Under the pieces are notes generated by a model. That model ran no database searches. It worked only from the letters and a program-made list of their open reading frames with translations, and was not told the DNA's origin. From positions 127,268 through 191,267 of the forward strand of contig JAFUGE010000008.1 of assembly GCA_017469545.1 (NCBI GenBank): a stretch of DNA of 64,000 nt. The letters are read 5' to 3'. Source of the DNA: Clostridia bacterium. Its GTDB lineage: Bacteria; Bacillota; Clostridia; TANB77; UBA1234. Below are positions 28,567-37,880 of the stretch, piece after piece (positions within the stretch are counted from its first letter, which is position 1; each line of letters starts with the position of its first letter). The position numbers and the translations under genes were made by a program.

Positions 28567-29255
28567 ATGAATTGATATGGCAAGCGCAAAGCGGAAACAA
28601 AGAGGCCATGTCAAGATTAATAGACGAGAATATAGGGTTAGTTTGGAATATTGTAAAGAGATTTAATAATAGAGGTTATGAGTTGGAGGATTTGTTTCAA
28701 ATCGGTTGTATGGGTTTTGTAAAAGCAATCCAGAGATTTAATACGGAATATGAGACTCAGCTTTCTACCTACGCTGTACCAATGATTATTGGAGAGATAA
28801 AACGATTTTTGAGAGATAATGGACCAATTAAAGTAAGTCGTTCACTTAAAGAACTAGCAATGAAAGTGAGACAATTGCAAGAAGAAAATACGGCAAAGTT
28901 AGGGGACGAACTAAGTATTCATGAATTAGCAAATAAGCTTGGAGTCAGTAAAGAAGAAGTGGTAGCAGCGCTGGATGCGACTTCGTATATCGAGTCGCTG
29001 GATAGGCAGGCATATGAAGACGACGAGACCACGATAGGAGAGAGAATTGTTTGCGAAGATAAGGAGTATCACAATTTACTTGATAAGATTACAATTGAGT
29101 CTATGATTAGTCGACTAACTGATAAGGAAAAAAGAGTAATCATTTATCGATATTATAAAGAAAAAACACAGACTGAAATTTCTCATTTACTTGGCATTTC
29201 GCAGGTTCAAGTTTCGAGAATAGAGAAAAGAGCTTTAGAGAAAATGAGGGCATGA
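28563..29255 (+). CDS. sigF: RNA polymerase sporulation sigma factor F
   Basis: 230 aa sigma-70 family with regions 2 ([18 protein letters not shown]), 3 and 4 ([18 protein letters not shown]); operon position after spoIIAB. Confidence 0.8.
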   Translation: MNELIWQAQSGNKEAMSRLIDENIGLVWNIVKRFNNRGYELEDLFQIGCMGFVKAIQRFNTEYETQLSTYAVPMIIGEIKRFLRDNGPIKVSRSLKELAMKVRQLQEENTAKLGDELSIHELANKLGVSKEEVVAALDATSYIESLDRQAYEDDETTIGERIVCEDKEYHNLLDKITIESMISRLTDKEKRVIIYRYYKEKTQTEISHLLGISQVQVSRIEKRALEKMRA

Positions 29256-29349
29256 TAAAGTTTGTTTACTTTGAATATCTGCTAATGTCAGAAATAGTTC
29301 TTGCAAAAATTTTTTTGATATTATAAGATATACCAAAAGAGGTGTTGAT

Positions 29350-30063
29350 ATGGATTATAAAGTGGAGAGACATGATCGAACTGCGAGAATTATTGGAACA
29401 TTTGTGTTAGTGAGTTTTATTCTACCAATAGGATATTTGATTTATCGAATTGTTGTTTCGCCGGCAGAATTACCAGAAGAAGCTACCATTAGAACGAAGC
29501 CAGATTATGTATTGATGCTTGTTCAGTGCATATTAGGGATTTTTGCCTTAATGATGCCTTCTTTTGTTTCGAAAAGATATAAAGTGCAAATACCGACACT
29601 GATGTATATTTTATATGTTGTGTTTTTGTATGGCGCAATTTTCTTGGGAGAAGTGAGAAGTTTTTATTATAATGTGCCTCACTGGGATACCATTCTGCAT
29701 ACGTTTAGTGGAGCAATGATAGGAGCCTTAGGTTTTTCATTCGTATCATTGCTGAATAGAGAAGAAAATGTGCATTTAAAATTAACGCCGTTTTTTATTG
29801 CTTTCTTTGCATTTTGCTTTGCGGTAACACTTGGCGTTGTTTGGGAGATTTATGAATACACGTTTGATGGTGTCTTGGGACTTAATATGCAGAAGTTTGC
29901 TTTGGAGGATGGAACGTTGCTTTCTGGAAGATTGGCACTTGCTGATACCATGAAAGACTTAATAGTAGATGCAGTTGGAGCTTTTGTCATGTCTCTTATT
30001 GGTTATATTTCGCTTAAGAATAACAAAGGCTGGGTAGAGAAAATGTTAATTAAAAAGGAATAG
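29350..30063 (+). CDS. polytopic membrane protein, hypothetical
   Basis: 237 aa with about six predicted TM helices; no family assignment made. Confidence 0.5.
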   Translation: MDYKVERHDRTARIIGTFVLVSFILPIGYLIYRIVVSPAELPEEATIRTKPDYVLMLVQCILGIFALMMPSFVSKRYKVQIPTLMYILYVVFLYGAIFLGEVRSFYYNVPHWDTILHTFSGAMIGALGFSFVSLLNREENVHLKLTPFFIAFFAFCFAVTLGVVWEIYEYTFDGVLGLNMQKFALEDGTLLSGRLALADTMKDLIVDAVGAFVMSLIGYISLKNNKGWVEKMLIKKE

Positions 30064-30082
30064 GCCTTGAATAAAAAAGGAA

Positions 30083-30126
30083 TGCAAAAGAGTAGCGCGT
30101 ATTGTGCTACTCTTTTTGCATTTTCT
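30083..30126 (+). terminator. rho-independent terminator
   Basis: TGCAAAAGAGTAGC-gcgtattgt-GCTACTCTTTTTGCA hairpin followed by TTTTCTGG. Confidence 0.7.
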
Positions 30127-30189
30127 GGTTCTAAATGAAAATGGACGTGCATATATAATACTAATAAACAAAAGAAAGGGGATTGTTGT

Positions 30190-30480
30190 ATGGTTGTGGA
30201 AGAAAAGAAAATGACGAAAATGCAAAATATTATTTTGGAGAACCGTAGTAAGTTAACGGTGTCTGGTGTTCTTGATGTTTTGAATTTTGACGAGCAGGTA
30301 ATTACGATTGATACGGAGCTTGGAATTTTAATTATTAAGGGCGGTAATTTACATTTAAATAAATTTAATCTTGATAGTACAGAGTTGAATGTGGAGGGCG
30401 ATATTGCTTCGCTTGTTTATAATGATAAAACGTTTAATAAAAAGAATGGCGAAAGTCTTTTGACGAAGATTTTTAAATAG
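30190..30480 (+). CDS. yabP: sporulation protein YabP
   Basis: 96 aa; LTVSGVLDVLNFDEQVITIDTELGILIIKGGNLHLNKFNLD matches the YabP family; followed by yabQ and divIC as in Bacillus. Confidence 0.8.
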   Translation: MVVEEKKMTKMQNIILENRSKLTVSGVLDVLNFDEQVITIDTELGILIIKGGNLHLNKFNLDSTELNVEGDIASLVYNDKTFNKKNGESLLTKIFK

Positions 30481-30499
30481 AAACTTTTAGGAGGAAAAA

Positions 30500-30895
30500 A
30501 TGCTAGAGAACCAAGTGTATGTTTTTTTGTGGACTGTTTTGATTGGCGCAGTAATGGGCCTGATATTTGATTTTTTTAGGATTATGAGAAGAAAAGGGAA
30601 TACGAAGGATGTTTTAGTATATCTTCAAGATATTGTATTTTGGCTTATCGTTACAGTTATTATTATTGTTAGTACATTTCTGATCAATAATGGTGAGCTA
30701 AGAGGATATATGATTTTAGGATATATTCTGGGGGGCATTTTCTATATTTTATTATTGAGCGGAATGATTCGAAAAGTGCTATCTGCTATCCTGGATTTTA
30801 TTGAAAATATTTTTAAAAAGATGGGGAATATTTTGACAAAGTTCGTTAAAAATTTTAAATTTTTAGGCAAAAAGAATAAAAAAATAGAAAATTAG
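30500..30895 (+). CDS. yabQ: spore cortex biosynthesis membrane protein YabQ
   Basis: 131 aa small membrane protein with the YabQ N-terminus (VFLWTVLIGAVMGLIFDFFRIMRRK); conserved synteny. Confidence 0.7.
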   Translation: MLENQVYVFLWTVLIGAVMGLIFDFFRIMRRKGNTKDVLVYLQDIVFWLIVTVIIIVSTFLINNGELRGYMILGYILGGIFYILLLSGMIRKVLSAILDFIENIFKKMGNILTKFVKNFKFLGKKNKKIEN

Positions 30896-30983
30896 GCAGG
30901 ATTTTATGATTTTTTGCGGAAATAGATATTAGTATGGTTTTTTGTCCATATTATTAACATATGATAATTATAGGAGACTACTA

Positions 30984-31262
30984 ATGAAAAAAGTGTTTAT
31001 AAAGCTTGGAAAGACACTGGCTTTCACTGCTCTTAGTATGTATATTGTAATCACTTTGGTCAATCAGCAAATCACATTAATGGATTTGAAGGATAGTCGT
31101 GATCAGTATGCAAAGCAGATACAAGAAGAAAAGCTGCGCTCGGAGCAATTGGCTAAGATTAAAGGAGAGATTTCTACTCCGGAATATATAGAAGATGTTG
31201 CGCGCGAAAAGCTTGGGCTTGTTATGCCGTATGAGATAGTTTTCGTTGATGCGAATTTGTAG
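30984..31262 (+). CDS. divIC: septum formation initiator family protein (DivIC/FtsB-like)
   Basis: Single TM segment followed by a coiled coil (LKDSRDQYAKQIQEEKLRSEQLAKIKGEI) and a conserved C-terminal beta segment; synteny yabP-yabQ-divIC. Confidence 0.7.
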   Translation: MKKVFIKLGKTLAFTALSMYIVITLVNQQITLMDLKDSRDQYAKQIQEEKLRSEQLAKIKGEISTPEYIEDVAREKLGLVMPYEIVFVDANL

Positions 31263-31316
31263 TGAATAATTCTTATGAAAATATGGAATAATGTATACCA
31301 AAGGAGAGATTGAAAA

Positions 31317-31646
31317 ATGAGAACAAAAAAAGAGAAAAAACAAAGCTTGCAATTAAAATACACAGGATGCCTTGATGGAGCAAATTCTATTTATTTACAT
31401 TATGGTATTGGAGAGAACTGGGAAGATGTTTCAGAGTGCAAAATGAGAAAATTAAAGACTTGTTACAAGACGGAGGTTACTATTCCTGCTGGTGCAGAGT
31501 TAAAATTCTGCTTTAGAGATACAGAGGGGAACTGGGATAACAATTATGGCAAGGATTATTCTTATAATACTACTACAGAAGATACACCAATGAATATTTA
31601 TTCAGCTGTAGAGGTTAATCCATACACACCAAAGACATTGTCATAG
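31317..31646 (+). CDS. hypothetical protein (109 aa, possible beta-sandwich carbohydrate-binding-like domain)
   Basis: ORF with RBS AAAGGAGAGA; aromatic/Gly-rich segments (NWDNNYGKDYSY) weakly reminiscent of CBM25/26 starch-binding modules; low confidence. Confidence 0.4.
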   Translation: MRTKKEKKQSLQLKYTGCLDGANSIYLHYGIGENWEDVSECKMRKLKTCYKTEVTIPAGAELKFCFRDTEGNWDNNYGKDYSYNTTTEDTPMNIYSAVEVNPYTPKTLS

Positions 31647-31671
31647 GATAGTTTTATAAAATTGAACTCGT

Positions 31672-31694
31672 ATGAGCAGCGTATCACGCTGCTC
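31672..31694. repeat. REP-like variant (TGAGCAGCGTATCACGCTGCTCA)
   Basis: Same palindrome core with GAGCAGC in place of GGGCAGC and no flanking GTAG. Confidence 0.6.
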
Positions 31695-31780
31695 ATTTTT
31701 CTTATATCAAATTTAAACTTGAAATCTCCTTCAAATTGTGGTAAAATATAAAAATGTTAATATTTTAAGGAGGTTCCCCA

Positions 31781-32121
31781 TGTCGTATTCTCATACGAAA
31801 ATCGTTTCTCGTTGGAGCAAGCATCAAATGGTGTTTAACGAAAAAGTGGAAGAACAGGATCGGACAGTCTACAAGAAGGAGTACCGAAAGAACAAAGAAG
31901 AGGAGCGGATACAATTTAAGCGTGAGATGGATGTCATTTTGAGGCTTTTTCGCGAGCTATACACTGCAGAGCTTTCGGAAAAGACGATGGAAAAGATTAT
32001 GGCAAAGTTTTCTATTCCGACTGCCAAGATTTGCGTAATAACGCGGCTTGGCAATGAACTGGAGGCAAGGGACATTGACAAGAGCTACTGGATTGCAGTA
32101 GCGAAGAAAGAATTTCCGTGA
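31781..32121 (+). CDS. hypothetical protein
   Basis: ATG at 31781 with AAGGAGG 7 nt upstream (MSYSHTKIVSRWSKHQ...); the track start 31738 lacks an RBS. Confidence 0.5.
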
Positions 32122-32230
32122 GGGAACCTATGGGCTGCTTGTTTAAGCGGCCCAATTTTTGTGTAGAGGCAACATTCGGACGCCATAGGCAGCACTGGAG
32201 TTAAGGAAGACAAAATTGTTTTAAACACAA

Positions 32231-32268
32231 AAAAAGCACCAAGACAATGATACCTCAAAGCCTTGGTA
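32231..32268 (-). terminator. putative terminator downstream of tRNA-Leu (minus strand)
   Basis: On the minus strand ACCAAG...CTTGGT hairpin followed by a TTTTTTT tract. Confidence 0.45.
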
Positions 32269-32272
32269 CTTA

Positions 32273-32360
32273 TGGTGCGCGAAACCGGAATCGAACCGGT
32301 ACGGGTTATTAGCCCGCAGGATTTTAAGTCCTGTGCGTCTGCCTGTTCCGCCACTCGCGC
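32273..32360 (-). tRNA. tRNA-Leu (anticodon TAA), class II
   Basis: Reverse complement GCGCGAGTGGCGGAACAGGCAGACGCACAGGACTTAAAATCCTG...CGGGCTAATAACCCG (long variable arm)...ACCGGTTCGATTCCGGTTTCGCGCACCA; all stems pair; CCA encoded. Confidence 0.8.
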
Positions 32361-32502
32361 GCTTTTTATGTACAAAAGATATAATAACATTGTTAAAATA
32401 TTTTGTCAATAAAAATTTTAAAAATATTATCAAATTTTTGTTGCAATATTATGTAAATTGTGGTATGATAATAACGTAAATAAATTTTATAAGGAGGTAT
32501 CA

Positions 32503-32832
32503 GTTTTGGTACGTCGCGTCAGTAAAGAAGCACGAGATTCTAGTCAGGCTCGATTACGGAAGGCGGTGGAGCTCTTTGACTATCAACAAGGCCGAAAGGA
32601 GATTCAAAAAGTAAAACAAAGGGACATTGCAAAAATGCGCGAAGTGATAGACTTTTTTTATGAAGTTTATCCGTATCCCGTTCATGACAGTGTGAAGGAA
32701 ACTCTTAACGAGTTACTTCTTGCCAAGAAAGGCACCAAAAGCGTTATTGGTATGATTAATGTCATTGATAACCTTGTTGGCTGGAAGGATTGGAGGCAGA
32801 AGGCGTATGTTAGATTCCATATTTCTCTATAA
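32503..32832 (+). CDS. hypothetical protein
   Basis: ORF with AAGGAGG RBS followed by TTG at 32503 (LVRRVSKEARDSSQ...); the upstream ATG at 32458 has no RBS; start uncertain. Confidence 0.4.
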   Translation, partial: VLVRRVSKEARDSSQARLRKAVELFDYQQGRKEIQKVKQRDIAKMREVIDFFYEVYPYPVHDSVKETLNELLLAKKGTKSVIGMINVIDNLVGWKDWRQKAYVRFHISL

Positions 32833-32891
32833 TCCCGTTAGAAAGCGTATTAACCTCAAACTGCTAAAGACCAAAAGGGGGAAAAAATTCA

Positions 32892-33106
32892 TGAGAATTG
32901 AAGTGCCGAAAGGTATCGCGGAAAAAAACGAGGAGCGGCTCGTGTTAAATACTTTCGCGAAATTTCGCCAAAGTGAATGGTATGCGAAGCTGCCGACTGC
33001 GGATAAAGTAAGGCTGGAGGAGGCATATTACACTTCTAGGAGTAATAAGGATTTTATCCGCCGTGCAGAAGCAATCCTACGAGGAAAAATTGAAGCTGGT
33101 TTATAA
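32892..33106 (+). CDS. hypothetical small protein (71 aa)
   Basis: ATG at 32892 after GGGGGAAAA; the track ORF start 32759 overlaps the previous gene and is less likely. Confidence 0.4.
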
Positions 33107-33243
33107 CCAGCTTCTTTTTTGTAGAGAATCATGCAAAGTACAAATTTAATATAGTCTTTGACCATAAATTTCTTATTGACACGAAAGAGAAAAAATGTTG
33201 TAATATAGATAGGAGATTTTTTGAATAGGGGGAGTGTTTGCTA

Positions 33244-33339
33244 TGAAACCAAAAACAAAGAAAATATATCAAGTTGCTTGCTTAGTATTAGCATTGTTAT
33301 TCGTAGTTCCAACATTATTAGCAGTTATTTTTAGATAAG
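33244..33339 (+). CDS. small hydrophobic peptide (31 aa) upstream of cdaA
   Basis: Not in the ORF track. MKPKTKKIYQVACLVLALLFVVPTLLAVIFR has a basic N-terminus plus one TM helix; preceded by TAGGGGGAG; 14 nt before cdaA. Confidence 0.35.
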
Positions 33340-33353
33340 GTGTTGATATAGAT

Positions 33354-34232
33354 ATGAATTCTATCTTAAATTCATTCAAAATATTTTATGAAACAAAAGT
33401 ACTAGCTTATATTAATACACTATTAGAATATCCTATCAAAATTGTTGTTCTGCTGGTCGATTTGGCTATTGTTGGCTATATTGTTTATAAAGTGATTAAG
33501 CTTCTAAAGGGAACCAGAGCAATGCAGCTTGTTAAGGGCATTATCATATTGGTAATTGGAACAGCACTTAGCGAATTTTTATCATTAAATGTATTACATT
33601 ATTTATTAAGTTCTATTATGACGTATGGCGTTTTGGTTGCCATTGTGGTATTTCAACCCGAGCTTAGAAAGGCCTTAGAACAAGTAGGAAATGCTAATTT
33701 TAAGAAGATATTGGATTTCGAAGAGACGGACGAGGAGCCGTCTTGTATTGATGCGGTTGTTGACGCGGTAACGGATATGGCAAGTCATAAGGTTGGGGCT
33801 TTGATTGTTTTTGAAAGGGAAGTTAACTTAGAGGAATTGGTTAAGACGGGTGTTGCTATGGATTCTAAGACATCGAAGGAGCTTCTCATTAATATTTTTG
33901 TGCCAGATACACCACTTCATGATGGGGCTGTTATCATTAGAGATAATAAGATTGTGGCTGCATCATGTATTTTGCCGTTAACTAGCAATATTTCTTTGGA
34001 CAGAATTTTTGGAACAAGGCATAGGGCGGCAATTGGTGTAACAGAGTCTTCGGACTGTATTGCTGTGGTAGCCTCGGAAGAGACTGGCGCACTTTCACTT
34101 GCGATTGAAGGAAAAATTATCAGAGATATTTCCAGTGAACAGTTAAGGAAAGAACTTAAGAGGAGACTTGTTAAGCCAAAAAAGAACGTAAATCATTTGA
34201 GTTTAAAAAGAAGAATGACAGATGTAAAATAA
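33354..34232 (+). CDS. cdaA: diadenylate cyclase CdaA (DisA_N/DAC domain, membrane-anchored)
   Basis: Three N-terminal TM helices then DAC domain with DGA (LHDGAVII) and RHRAA (GTRHRAAIGVTE) motifs. Confidence 0.85.
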   Translation: MNSILNSFKIFYETKVLAYINTLLEYPIKIVVLLVDLAIVGYIVYKVIKLLKGTRAMQLVKGIIILVIGTALSEFLSLNVLHYLLSSIMTYGVLVAIVVFQPELRKALEQVGNANFKKILDFEETDEEPSCIDAVVDAVTDMASHKVGALIVFEREVNLEELVKTGVAMDSKTSKELLINIFVPDTPLHDGAVIIRDNKIVAASCILPLTSNISLDRIFGTRHRAAIGVTESSDCIAVVASEETGALSLAIEGKIIRDISSEQLRKELKRRLVKPKKNVNHLSLKRRMTDVK

Positions 34233-34240
34233 AAATTTGT

Positions 34241-34272
34241 ATGGGTCGCTAAGTATAAGCGACCCATTATTT
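34241..34272 (+). terminator. rho-independent terminator after cdaA
   Basis: ATGGGTCGCT-aagtata-AGCGACCCAT hairpin followed by TATTTGTG; the stem GGTCGCT/AGCGACC is shared with the terminator at 8342. Confidence 0.65.
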
Positions 34273-34283
34273 GTGAATAGAAA

Positions 34284-34311
34284 CGGGCAGCGTATTACGC
34301 TGCCCCTACAG
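34284..34311. repeat. REP-like palindromic element (CGGGCAGCGTATTACGCTGCCCCTACAG)
   Basis: Reverse-orientation family member downstream of cdaA. Confidence 0.85.
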
Positions 34312-34315
34312 TTTG

Positions 34316-34438
34316 TTAGCAACATCCGTTGCCGATACCTCTGTTGTCGCCATTGTTACAGCAACAAGAGATAATGAAGAATAAAAGGATGATCCAGATA
34401 AATTCGTCACATCCACAGCCATTATTTCTACCGAACAT
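34316..34438 (-). CDS. tiny Cys-rich membrane peptide (40 aa)
   Basis: Not in the ORF track. Minus-strand ATG (34438) after GAAAGGGGGG encodes MFGRNNGCGCDEFIWIILLFFIISCCCNNGDNRGIGNGCC. Confidence 0.5.
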   Translation of the reverse strand: MFGRNNGCGCDEFIWIILLFFIISCCCNNGDNRGIGNGCC

Positions 34439-34474
34439 TTCAAATTCCCCCCTTTCGAAAGATACTTCTATAAA

Positions 34475-34597
34475 CTAGTTAGAGCGGTTGTTACATCCAC
34501 ATCCATTCCAGAATAATAATAGGAATAGGATTAAAAACCATAGGATAGTGTCGTCGTCGTTATTACAACAGGAAAGATTTCTAAAAAATGGTCCCAT
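34475..34597 (-). CDS. tiny Cys-rich membrane peptide (40 aa), tandem paralog
   Basis: Not in the ORF track. Minus-strand ATG (34597) 6 nt after AAGGAGG encodes MGPFFRNLSCCNNDDDTILWFLILFLLLFWNGCGCNNRSN. Confidence 0.5.
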   Translation of the reverse strand: MGPFFRNLSCCNNDDDTILWFLILFLLLFWNGCGCNNRSN

Positions 34598-34728
34598 ATG
34601 CATCCTCCTTAAATATGTTTAAAGTTATAAGACGAGAAAGAGCGTGACGTTCTTGTTTTCAATGTCTTATGGTATATAGTATTCGAATTTGGGAAATGTG
34701 TTACAGAATAAAATGAACTTGACAAAAA

Positions 34729-34760
34729 TGTAGGGGCAGCGTAGTACGCTGCCCCTACAG
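34729..34760. repeat. REP-like element, fully symmetric copy (TGTAGGGGCAGCGTAGTACGCTGCCCCTACAG)
   Basis: GTAG/CTAC on both flanks; abuts the 3' end of the tRNA at 34769. Confidence 0.85.
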
Positions 34761-34768
34761 TAAATGAT

Positions 34769-34843
34769 TGGTGACCCATACGGGAATCGAACCCATGATT
34801 CGGCCTTGAGAGGGCCGCGTCTTAACCGCTTGACCAATGGGCC
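34769..34843 (-). tRNA. tRNA, probably tRNA-Glu (anticodon CTC)
   Basis: Reverse complement GGCCCATTGGTCAAGCGGTTAAGACGCGGCCCTCTCAAGGCCGAATCATGGGTTCGATTCCCGTATGGGTCACCA; acceptor and T-arm pair well; anticodon stem CGGCC/GGCCG with loop CTCTCAA; isotype assignment by hand is tentative. Confidence 0.65.
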
Positions 34844-35059
34844 ACATTACTTTGATAGTATAGCACGAGAAAATAAAATTGACAAGAGTTTTTTTGAAAA
34901 AAGTGTTGAAAAATTGTGTATACCGTGTTATAATAAGCAAGTGCTTAAAGCACAATTCACATATCATTGTAGTATTTAAGCCGTGTGCGGCGAAAAAAGT
35001 CGTGGTTGGATGCTTAGCAATGGTAGAGGAAAATAACAAAAAACAAGGAGGAAATGAAA

Positions 35060-35794
35060 ATGTCAGTAGTTGCAATGAAACAATTATTGGAAGCTGGTGT
35101 TCATTTTGGACATCAAACAAGAAGATGGGACCCTAGAATGGCTCCATACATTTTTACGGCAAGAAATGGAATCTATATTATCGATTTACAGAAGACTGCC
35201 AAGAAAATCGACGAGGCTTATGCAGAGCTTAAGAAAATCGTTGAGGAAGGAAAGACAGTTATCTTTGTTGGTACAAAGAAACAAGCTCAAGAATGCGTGA
35301 AAGAAGAAGCTGAGAGATGTGGAATGTACTATGTCAATGAAAGATGGCTTGGCGGAATGCTAACAAACTTTAATACAATTCGTAGAAGAGTTGCTAGACT
35401 TAAAGAATTAGAGGCTATGGAAACAGACGGTACTTTTGAAGTACTTCCTAAGAAAGAAGTAGCGAAATTAAAACAAGAAAGAGAAAAGCTTGAAAAGAAT
35501 TTAGGCGGAATTAAAGATATGACAGAGATTCCTGGTGCTATGTTTGTCGTTGACCCTAAGAAAGAGAGAATTGCTATTCTAGAAGCTAGAAAATTAGGCA
35601 TTCCTGTTTTCGGTTTAGTTGATACAAACTGCAATCCAGAGGATGTTGACTATGTTATTCCTGGAAATGACGATGCAATTAGAGCTATTAAATTAATTAT
35701 TGAAGCTATGGCTAATGCTGTTATCGAGGCTAAGCAAGGCGAATCTAATGCTCCTTCACAAGAAGCTGAAGAAGAAGAGGCTGTTCAAGAATAA
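35060..35794 (+). CDS. rpsB: 30S ribosomal protein S2
   Basis: [32 protein letters not shown] is a canonical S2 N-terminus; ATG at 35060 is 8 nt after AAGGAGG. Confidence 0.9.
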   Translation: MSVVAMKQLLEAGVHFGHQTRRWDPRMAPYIFTARNGIYIIDLQKTAKKIDEAYAELKKIVEEGKTVIFVGTKKQAQECVKEEAERCGMYYVNERWLGGMLTNFNTIRRRVARLKELEAMETDGTFEVLPKKEVAKLKQEREKLEKNLGGIKDMTEIPGAMFVVDPKKERIAILEARKLGIPVFGLVDTNCNPEDVDYVIPGNDDAIRAIKLIIEAMANAVIEAKQGESNAPSQEAEEEEAVQE

Positions 35795-35823
35795 TAATTT
35801 GATAATACAAGGAGGAAATGATA

Positions 35824-36471
35824 ATGATATCTGCAGAACAAGTAAAAGAACTTAGAGAAATGACTGGCGCTGGAATGATGGAGTGCAAGAAAGTTCTTGA
35901 AGAAACAGAAGGAAATATGGAAAAAGCAACGGAACTTTTGAGAGAAAGAGGCGTTGTAAAGGCTGCGAAAAAGGCTGGCAGAATTGCTGCTGAAGGCCTA
36001 GTAGATAGCTATATTCATGGCGATGGTAGAATTGGTGTATTAGTAGAAGTTAACATTGAAACAGACTTTGCTGCTAAGAACCCTGAGTTTAGAGAGTTTG
36101 TTAAAGATGTTGCAATGCAAATTGCTGCTAGCAAGCCAGAATACGTTAAGAGGGAAGATGTTCCAGCTGATGTTGTTGAGAAGGAAAAAGAAGTTATCAA
36201 AGCACAAGCTATGAACGAAGGCAAGCCTGCTGAAATTGCTGAGAAAATGGTTGCTGGTAGAATTGATAAATTCTTTAAAGAAGTATGCTTATTAGAGCAA
36301 GATTTCGTTAAGAATCCTGATATGACAGTGCAACAATTATTAACAGAAAAAATTGCTAATATTGGTGAAAATATCACAATTAGAAGATTTGTAAGATTTG
36401 AGAGAGGCGAAGGAATTCAAAAGAAAGAAGAGAATTTCGCTGAAGAAGTAATGAAACAAATCAATGGATAA
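35824..36471 (+). CDS. tsf: translation elongation factor Ts
   Basis: [25 protein letters not shown] is a canonical EF-Ts UBA-like N-terminus; ATG at 35824 is 8 nt after GGAGG. Confidence 0.9.
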   Translation: MISAEQVKELREMTGAGMMECKKVLEETEGNMEKATELLRERGVVKAAKKAGRIAAEGLVDSYIHGDGRIGVLVEVNIETDFAAKNPEFREFVKDVAMQIAASKPEYVKREDVPADVVEKEKEVIKAQAMNEGKPAEIAEKMVAGRIDKFFKEVCLLEQDFVKNPDMTVQQLLTEKIANIGENITIRRFVRFERGEGIQKKEENFAEEVMKQING

Positions 36472-36480
36472 AATTGATAG

Positions 36481-36510
36481 GGGCTGCTTTTTAAAGCAGC
36501 CCGATTTTTT
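36481..36510 (+). terminator. rho-independent terminator after tsf
   Basis: GGGCTGCTTT-tt-AAAGCAGCCC hairpin followed by GATTTTTTG. Confidence 0.8.
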
Positions 36511-36584
36511 GTCTTTTCTTGTATAGTTTTGCTGAAATTTACACACGATAGTAATGTGAAAACTTTTAACAAGGAGGAAAAAAG

Positions 36585-36785
36585 ATGAAGGTTATAAATG
36601 CGATAGTTCTTACATTAGTGATTATAGGCGGTATTAATTGGGGACTAATTGGATTGTTTAATTATAATTTAGTTGAGGCTTTGTTTGGCTCTGCTACTTG
36701 GTTTACAAGACTGGTGTATATATTAGTTGGTGTATCGGGGCTATGGGCAATTGCTTTTTATAGTAGAAGCAAGAATAGAAGCTAG
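36585..36785 (+). CDS. DUF378 family small membrane protein
   Basis: 66 aa, two TM helices, GGINWGLIGLF motif typical of DUF378; RBS AAGGAGGAAAAAAG. Confidence 0.65.
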   Translation: MKVINAIVLTLVIIGGINWGLIGLFNYNLVEALFGSATWFTRLVYILVGVSGLWAIAFYSRSKNRS

Positions 36786-36796
36786 TACAAGAATGT

Positions 36797-36820
36797 GGCC
36801 GCTTTGTTAAGCGGCTTATT
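36797..36820 (+). terminator. putative terminator
   Basis: GGCCGCTT-tgtt-AAGCGGCT hairpin with a weak T tract. Confidence 0.4.
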
Positions 36821-37016
36821 TCATGAGGTGTTGACATGCTAAAATGGCTCTGATACAACAATATTTCGTGAAATAATTATTGCTATATTAAAGTTCAAAT
36901 GATATACTATTCCTAATGGAGGGATGGTATGAGTAGATATGCTGTAGCCAACCGGAAAAAGCTATACAGAATATGTTGATAGGCCCAAATCTTCTAAACT
37001 CAAGAAGATAGCAATT

Positions 37017-37880
37017 GTGGGTGTGGCTGTCATTATCGGGTTTGAGGCTGGAAAAGCTGTGATTAGAACTGCATATAACAATATTTCAAAAAATATTATG
37101 GAGGCACAGCAGACAAAATATAAAAATGAAAGAATATCCCATGATTTAGCACTGAAGAAAGCGAGAGGACAAGCAAAACTTTCGGATACGGTTGAGGTCA
37201 TGAGTAGAATTAATCCATATTCTATCAATGTTTTGGCCGATGCATTGCGAGATTGCGGTGTTAAAACTAATTCTGATAGTATGGACGATAAAACGTTTTT
37301 AACAAGCTTTTTTAACCAAATGGAGCTAAATTATAAGGATGTAACTGAGAGTGCGACTGCAGAAGAAAAGCTTACTTCATTAACTTATTGTACTGTGCTT
37401 AAGATGGCTGCTAGTAAGTATGTGCAAAAAGTGGCAACATATACAGCAATGAATGTTGGTCAAAAGACGCCAGCCAATACGGCAGATATTCAATTTGAAT
37501 ATGATGCAGGCGGAAAATTAATGGAAATTTATTATAGAAATGAAAATAATATAAAAATTTCTTTAGCAAATAATTATTATGTCGATTATAAGGGCATTCC
37601 AGACACGATAGAAAATGTAATGAGAAATGCAAGAACTGATACAAAGCCTTTTGACCACAGGGAGGATTTGAATTCTTTTTGCGAATTTTTGGAGTATGCT
37701 TGTTGTGATAGTTTTGAGGTAGGCGATAAACCTGGAACGTTAAAAACAAAAAATTGGTATATTCCGATAAGAGAAAAATGTTTAGAGGAACACGAAAATA
37801 TAGCGAAAAGCAGGGCTGAAGCTGCGTTAGCGGCAGACCAGGCTGCTGGCATACAGGCGAAAGGATGGATGGATAGGTGA
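37017..37880 (+). CDS. hypothetical protein (287 aa)
   Basis: ORF with GTG start per track; an in-frame stop lies immediately upstream; no recognisable family. Confidence 0.4.
   Translation: MGVAVIIGFEAGKAVIRTAYNNISKNIMEAQQTKYKNERISHDLALKKARGQAKLSDTVEVMSRINPYSINVLADALRDCGVKTNSDSMDDKTFLTSFFNQMELNYKDVTESATAEEKLTSLTYCTVLKMAASKYVQKVATYTAMNVGQKTPANTADIQFEYDAGGKLMEIYYRNENNIKISLANNYYVDYKGIPDTIENVMRNARTDTKPFDHREDLNSFCEFLEYACCDSFEVGDKPGTLKTKNWYIPIREKCLEEHENIAKSRAEAALAADQAAGIQAKGWMDR

Noticed and set aside
34769-34845. tRNA-His with G-1 for the minus-strand tRNA at 34769
   Set aside because: Anticodon loop reads CTCTCAA (CTC), not GTG; the extra upstream G does not pair with the discriminator A
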